From an uncultured delta proteobacterium (lineage in GTDB: Bacteria > Myxococcota_A > Polyangia > Polyangiales > Polyangiaceae), in contig CAWAIF010000003.1 in the NCBI GenBank assembly GCA_963782055.1, forward strand, positions 5,952,001-6,016,000: 64,000 nucleotides of DNA, read 5' to 3'. The translations under genes were made by a program, and so were the position numbers. This document shows, one piece after another, positions 60,435 to 64,000 of the stretch; position 1 is the stretch's first letter; each line of letters opens with the position of its first letter. The notes beneath the pieces were generated by a model. It was not told where the DNA came from. It ran no database searches and saw nothing but the letters and a program-made list of their open reading frames with translations.

Positions 60435-62435
60435 CTACCCCGACACCGTCGGCGCGTCCTCCCCCGCAGCCGTCCCCCGCGGCTTCCCCGCCCGCGCCCT
60501 CAGCACCAGCTCCACCACGAGCAGCGCGAGCAGCGCGAGCGCGACGCGCGACGAGATGTCCACCAGCGTGCGCGTCGCGCCCAGGTGCGTGCCCGCCGCC
60601 TTCGCCGCCTTCGCGCGCGGACGCAGGTCCACCTCCCGCGCGACCGGCGCGGCCACCCGTAGCTCGTCCTCGTCGCCGTCCTTGATGTGGTAGGCGCCGA
60701 TGAGCGGCGGGGACACGTGGGCGCGCGTGCCGTCACGGACGACGTCGATGTCGGCCCCCTTCGTCTTGCTGCCGTCCGCGAGCACCCGCGGGGCGAGCGT
60801 CACGTGCGCGGAGGGCGAGACCGTCCACAGCGCGCCGACGTCGGTGCGGCGCGGCCGGGCGCGCACGCGGGCGAGATCGGCGAAGGCGTCGAGCAAGGTC
60901 AAGAAGCCGGGCCGCAGCACCAGATCGCTCTGGTCGGCGGAGAAGGGGAGCGTGACCACCCACGCCTCGCCGCGGCCGATGTGCCTGCGCGCCACGAGCG
61001 GCGCGCCGTCCGACCACGGCACCAGCGTCTCGAACGCCGACAGGTCCTCCGGCGCGAGGGTGGCGCGATGCGTGGCGCGGAGATCCGCCAGGCTCGCCGT
61101 CGACTCCCCGAGCAGGTCCCGGGCCTTGTCCGCGTCCGCCCCGCGCGCCGAGGTCTCCCCCCACGTCACCGCGCGCGTGACGATGGGCTCGAGCGAGGCG
61201 CCGAGCGGCGCCGCCGCCGCGCGCGGCCCGAGGGCGAGGAGCACCACGCCGCCGCGATCCATGTATCCTGCAATGGATCGCCGCTGCTCCGGCGTGAGGC
61301 CGGGCGGGTCGTCCAGGATCACACCTAGGAACGGCGCCAGATCCTCGGCGCGCTCGGGGACGGCGGGGATGGGCTTCACCGCGAGGTCGAGCCGCAGCGC
61401 GGAGAGCGCCTGCTCCAGCACCGGCGGCCCGCCCGTGGCGACGCTCTCCTGCGCGGCGTCGGCGACGATCGCCAGCGCGCCCGGCCCGCCGGAGACGACG
61501 ACCGGCGCCTCGTCGTCGGCCGCGATGGCGTCGGCGCCGTCCAGCCGTGCGACGAGGTTGGTCTTCGGCGCGTCCTTGGGGAGGGCGACGGTGATCTCCC
61601 CGGCGGCGCCCGGCGCGCTCGCGATCGACTTGCCGGCAGAAGCGATCTCCACCGTCCGCCCGTCCGCCGAAGCGCCCTTGCCGCAGGCGACGCGCACGCG
61701 CACGCGGCCGCCGAGATCGTCGGCGGAGAGCACCGCGCAGTCCGGCGCGTCCTTCGCGATGTCGTCGAGCGGCACCCACACCGGGAGGCTGGCCGACTCC
61801 CCGACAGGCGGCGCGTCGGGCCGACCGTCCGCCAGATCGGACAGCACGATGACCCGCTTGTCGACCTGCGGCAGCTTGTCCACGAGCGACTGCGCGATGG
61901 TGATGGCGCCGTCCAGGTCGGTCGCGCGGTCGCTCGGCGCCACGGTGTCGAGGGCGGCGCGGGCGGCGGCGAGATCCGTCGTGGCGGCCAGGCCGACGCG
62001 CGGCGGCGCCCCGGCGAGGACGATGGCGACCGCGTCCCCTTCCCGCGCGCCGGCGAGCAGGTCCGACGCCGCGTCCTTCGCGCGCTCGAAGCGGGTGCGA
62101 CCGCCGGACGCCGGCGCGCGCATGCTCATGGAGTCGTCCAGCACGATGGCCAGCGCCATGGAGGCGCCGGAGGAGCGCTCCACCGAGAGGCGCGAGCAGC
62201 GCACCAGCGGCGAGGCGCCCAGCAGCGCGAGCGCGGCGACGGCGAGCGCGCGCACGATGAACAGGGAGCGGTCCTCCAGGCGGGCCCGGCGACGAGCGCG
62301 CGGCGGCGCCGGCGCGACGAGGTGCGCGGCGGCGAAGGGGCGCTCGTCGGCGCGCTGCCGGCGCAGGCGGTGGGCGAGCAGCGGCAGCGCCACGAGGGCC
62401 ACGATCCCCAGGGCCAGCGCCGTGACGAAGCTCAC
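60435..62435 (-). CDS. BatA-like N-terminal TM plus vWA domain protein
   Basis: MSF..AL..LPLLAH; MIDAS DDSMSM; VLSD; C-terminal TM. Confidence 0.85.
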   Translation of the reverse strand: MSFVTALALGIVALVALPLLAHRLRRQRADERPFAAAHLVAPAPPRARRRARLEDRSLFIVRALAVAALALLGASPLVRCSRLSVERSSGASMALAIVLDDSMSMRAPASGGRTRFERAKDAASDLLAGAREGDAVAIVLAGAPPRVGLAATTDLAAARAALDTVAPSDRATDLDGAITIAQSLVDKLPQVDKRVIVLSDLADGRPDAPPVGESASLPVWVPLDDIAKDAPDCAVLSADDLGGRVRVRVACGKGASADGRTVEIASAGKSIASAPGAAGEITVALPKDAPKTNLVARLDGADAIAADDEAPVVVSGGPGALAIVADAAQESVATGGPPVLEQALSALRLDLAVKPIPAVPERAEDLAPFLGVILDDPPGLTPEQRRSIAGYMDRGGVVLLALGPRAAAAPLGASLEPIVTRAVTWGETSARGADADKARDLLGESTASLADLRATHRATLAPEDLSAFETLVPWSDGAPLVARRHIGRGEAWVVTLPFSADQSDLVLRPGFLTLLDAFADLARVRARPRRTDVGALWTVSPSAHVTLAPRVLADGSKTKGADIDVVRDGTRAHVSPPLIGAYHIKDGDEDELRVAAPVAREVDLRPRAKAAKAAGTHLGATRTLVDISSRVALALLALLVVELVLRARAGKPRGTAAGEDAPTVSG

Positions 62436-62468
62436 CGGTGGTGACCTACCACGCGCCCCCCGGGCCCG

Positions 62469-63380
62469 CTATCGGATGGCCTCGATCACCCGGCGCACGA
62501 CCGCAACCGGATCGTCGGCGGTCGAGGCGATGACCAGCGCGCCCCCCCGCGCGAGCAGCTCGTCCCGCCAGCTCTGCTGGAGCGCAGCCAGCGACTCCAG
62601 GTAGCGCTCGCGCGTGGTCTCCACGTCGGTCTCCACCACCAGATCGCCCTCCAGCGAGCGCAGGCGCACCGTGCCCTCGAAGGGGAGGTCCACTTCGTCG
62701 GGGTCCAGGACCTGCAGGACCACGACGCTGCGGCCGCGCAGCGCGAGGCTGGAGACGAGCGTGGGCGCGTCGGGCGGCAGGTCGAGCAGATCGCTCGCCA
62801 GCACGACGACCGAGCCGCGACGCGCGGCGCGGGAGAGCGCCATCAAGGACCGGTCGAGCAGGGAAGGGTCGCGCCGCGCGTCCCCGGAGCACTCGACCTC
62901 CTCGAGCGAGCCGAGCACCCAATCGAACCCCTCGCGCCCGCCGGCGACCGGCACCGCGCGGGCGCCCTCGCCGGCGATGTACGCGAGCCCCACCGGGTCG
63001 CCGCTGGCGACGGAGATGCGCGCCAGCACCGTCGCCACGAGCGCCGCCATCGCCAGCTTGCTGCCCTGCGCGCGGGAGCCGCGGTAGGCCATGGACGCGC
63101 TGGCGTCGACGACGAGCCGCAGCGCGCGCTCGGTCTCGGTCTCGAACTGCCGCACCAGCAGGCGGTCGTGGCGCAGCAGGGAGCGCCTGTCGATCCAGCG
63201 CAGGTCGTCGCCGGGGACGTAGGCGCGGTGCCCGCCGAACTCGATGCCCGCGCCGCGCCGCGCGCTCTTGTGCGCGCCGGCGTAGATGCCCTCGGCCACC
63301 AGCTTGGAGCGGATGCGCAGGGGGCCGAGGCTCCCCCAGTCGACGCGGAGCGCCGCGTGGGAACGGGGCGCGCGCGCCAT
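62469..63380 (-). CDS. DUF58 domain protein (MoxR-associated)
   Basis: GAHKS..GAGIEF..HRAYVPGDDLRWID, VRQFE, VVDASASM. Confidence 0.92.
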   Translation of the reverse strand: MARAPRSHAALRVDWGSLGPLRIRSKLVAEGIYAGAHKSARRGAGIEFGGHRAYVPGDDLRWIDRRSLLRHDRLLVRQFETETERALRLVVDASASMAYRGSRAQGSKLAMAALVATVLARISVASGDPVGLAYIAGEGARAVPVAGGREGFDWVLGSLEEVECSGDARRDPSLLDRSLMALSRAARRGSVVVLASDLLDLPPDAPTLVSSLALRGRSVVVLQVLDPDEVDLPFEGTVRLRSLEGDLVVETDVETTRERYLESLAALQQSWRDELLARGGALVIASTADDPVAVVRRVIEAIR

Positions 63381-64000
63381 CTACGGGAGGGTGAGGCCGG
63401 CGGGGGGCGGCACCGGGGGCAGCGCCGTGCCGACGAGCTCGCGCGCCATCTGCGACTCGAGCAGGTCCACGCCGGGGCCGGTGGCGACCTGGGCGAGCCC
63501 CGGCTTCGCGCCGGCGGCGTCGCCCTTCGCCCTGCGCTCGAGCGCGGCGTAGAAGAGCGCCTCCTCCTTGCGCGAGGGGCTCGTCGCGGCGTGGCTCAGG
63601 GCCGCGGCGTCGATCTTGCCGCGGCCGAAGGCGGCGAGCCTGGAGGCCCAGCGGCCATCGTCGCCGATGGAAGCGAGCACGCGCTCGGCCACGCCGTTGG
63701 TGCGCGCGTGCTGCTCGCGCTCGAGCGACTGCACCCAGAGGGCGAGGTAGACGAGAATCCTCGTCGGCCAGGTCGGCGCCCACGCCGCGGGAGAGGGCAT
63801 CGCGGGCGGCGTCCAGGTCCCCGTGCACGTACGCGCGCGACGCGGCCAGCGCGAGCGTCGCCGCCGCCTCCGCCTTGTGGTGCGGCGCCGCCTCGTACGC
63901 GCGCTCCAGCGCATCCCCCGCTTCCTTGCGCATGCCGAAGCGATCCAGCACCTGCGACAGGGCGCGCTCCACGCGGGCGCGCACGCGCGCGTCGCCCTTG
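63381..64000 (-). CDS. C-terminal part of a helical-repeat (TPR-like) protein, truncated by the window edge; frameshift at ~63757
   Basis: ..DAARDALSRGVGADLADED continues in another frame as LVYLALWV..EEALFYAAL..LLESQMARELV. Confidence 0.6.
   Translation of the reverse strand, partial: RATRACAPAWSAPCRRCWIASACARKRGMRWSARTRRRRTTRRRRRRRSRWPRRARTCTGTWTPPAMPSPAAWAPTWPTRILVYLALWVQSLEREQHARTNGVAERVLASIGDDGRWASRLAAFGRGKIDAAALSHAATSPSRKEEALFYAALERRAKGDAAGAKPGLAQVATGPGVDLLESQMARELVGTALPPVPPPAGLTLP

Overview
Very GC-rich bacterial chromosome segment. Gene content (IF-3 with a long C-terminal extension, Ser/Thr kinase, many Cys-rich lipoproteins, FG-GAP protein) points to a myxobacterium, probably Polyangiaceae/Sorangiineae-like; that assignment is an inference. 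The backbone carries infC, smpB, ilvE, aceB-aceA with a divergent RamB-type regulator, an S1-domain protein, a glycerol-3-phosphate acyltransferase, a MacAB-type ABC operon, an ECF sigma/anti-sigma pair, uvrB, hutF and vWA/DUF58 genes. Three accessory hot-spots interrupt it. (1) At 13.5-17.7 kb is a Cys-rich lipoprotein operon whose first gene is out of frame at a (GGCTG)6 tract in its signal peptide, followed by a four-helix-bundle gene with a long hairpin. (2) At 22.7-28.8 kb is a second lipoprotein locus where a tyrosine recombinase + IS91-type transposase element and a paralogous lipoprotein gene lie between ~190-bp direct repeats. (3) At 49.2-58.8 kb a tandem duplication stacks two alleles of an uncharacterised X-X-Y-Z operon: paired small beta-rich proteins, a protein with constant N-terminus, variable glycine-zipper hairpin and repeat tail, and a membrane partner with variable N-terminus. 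Each copy lies beside a DUF559 nuclease-like gene whose start sits in a covarying 136-nt hairpin. Several single-base frameshifts suggest long-read indel errors. No rRNA, tRNA or CRISPR array was seen.
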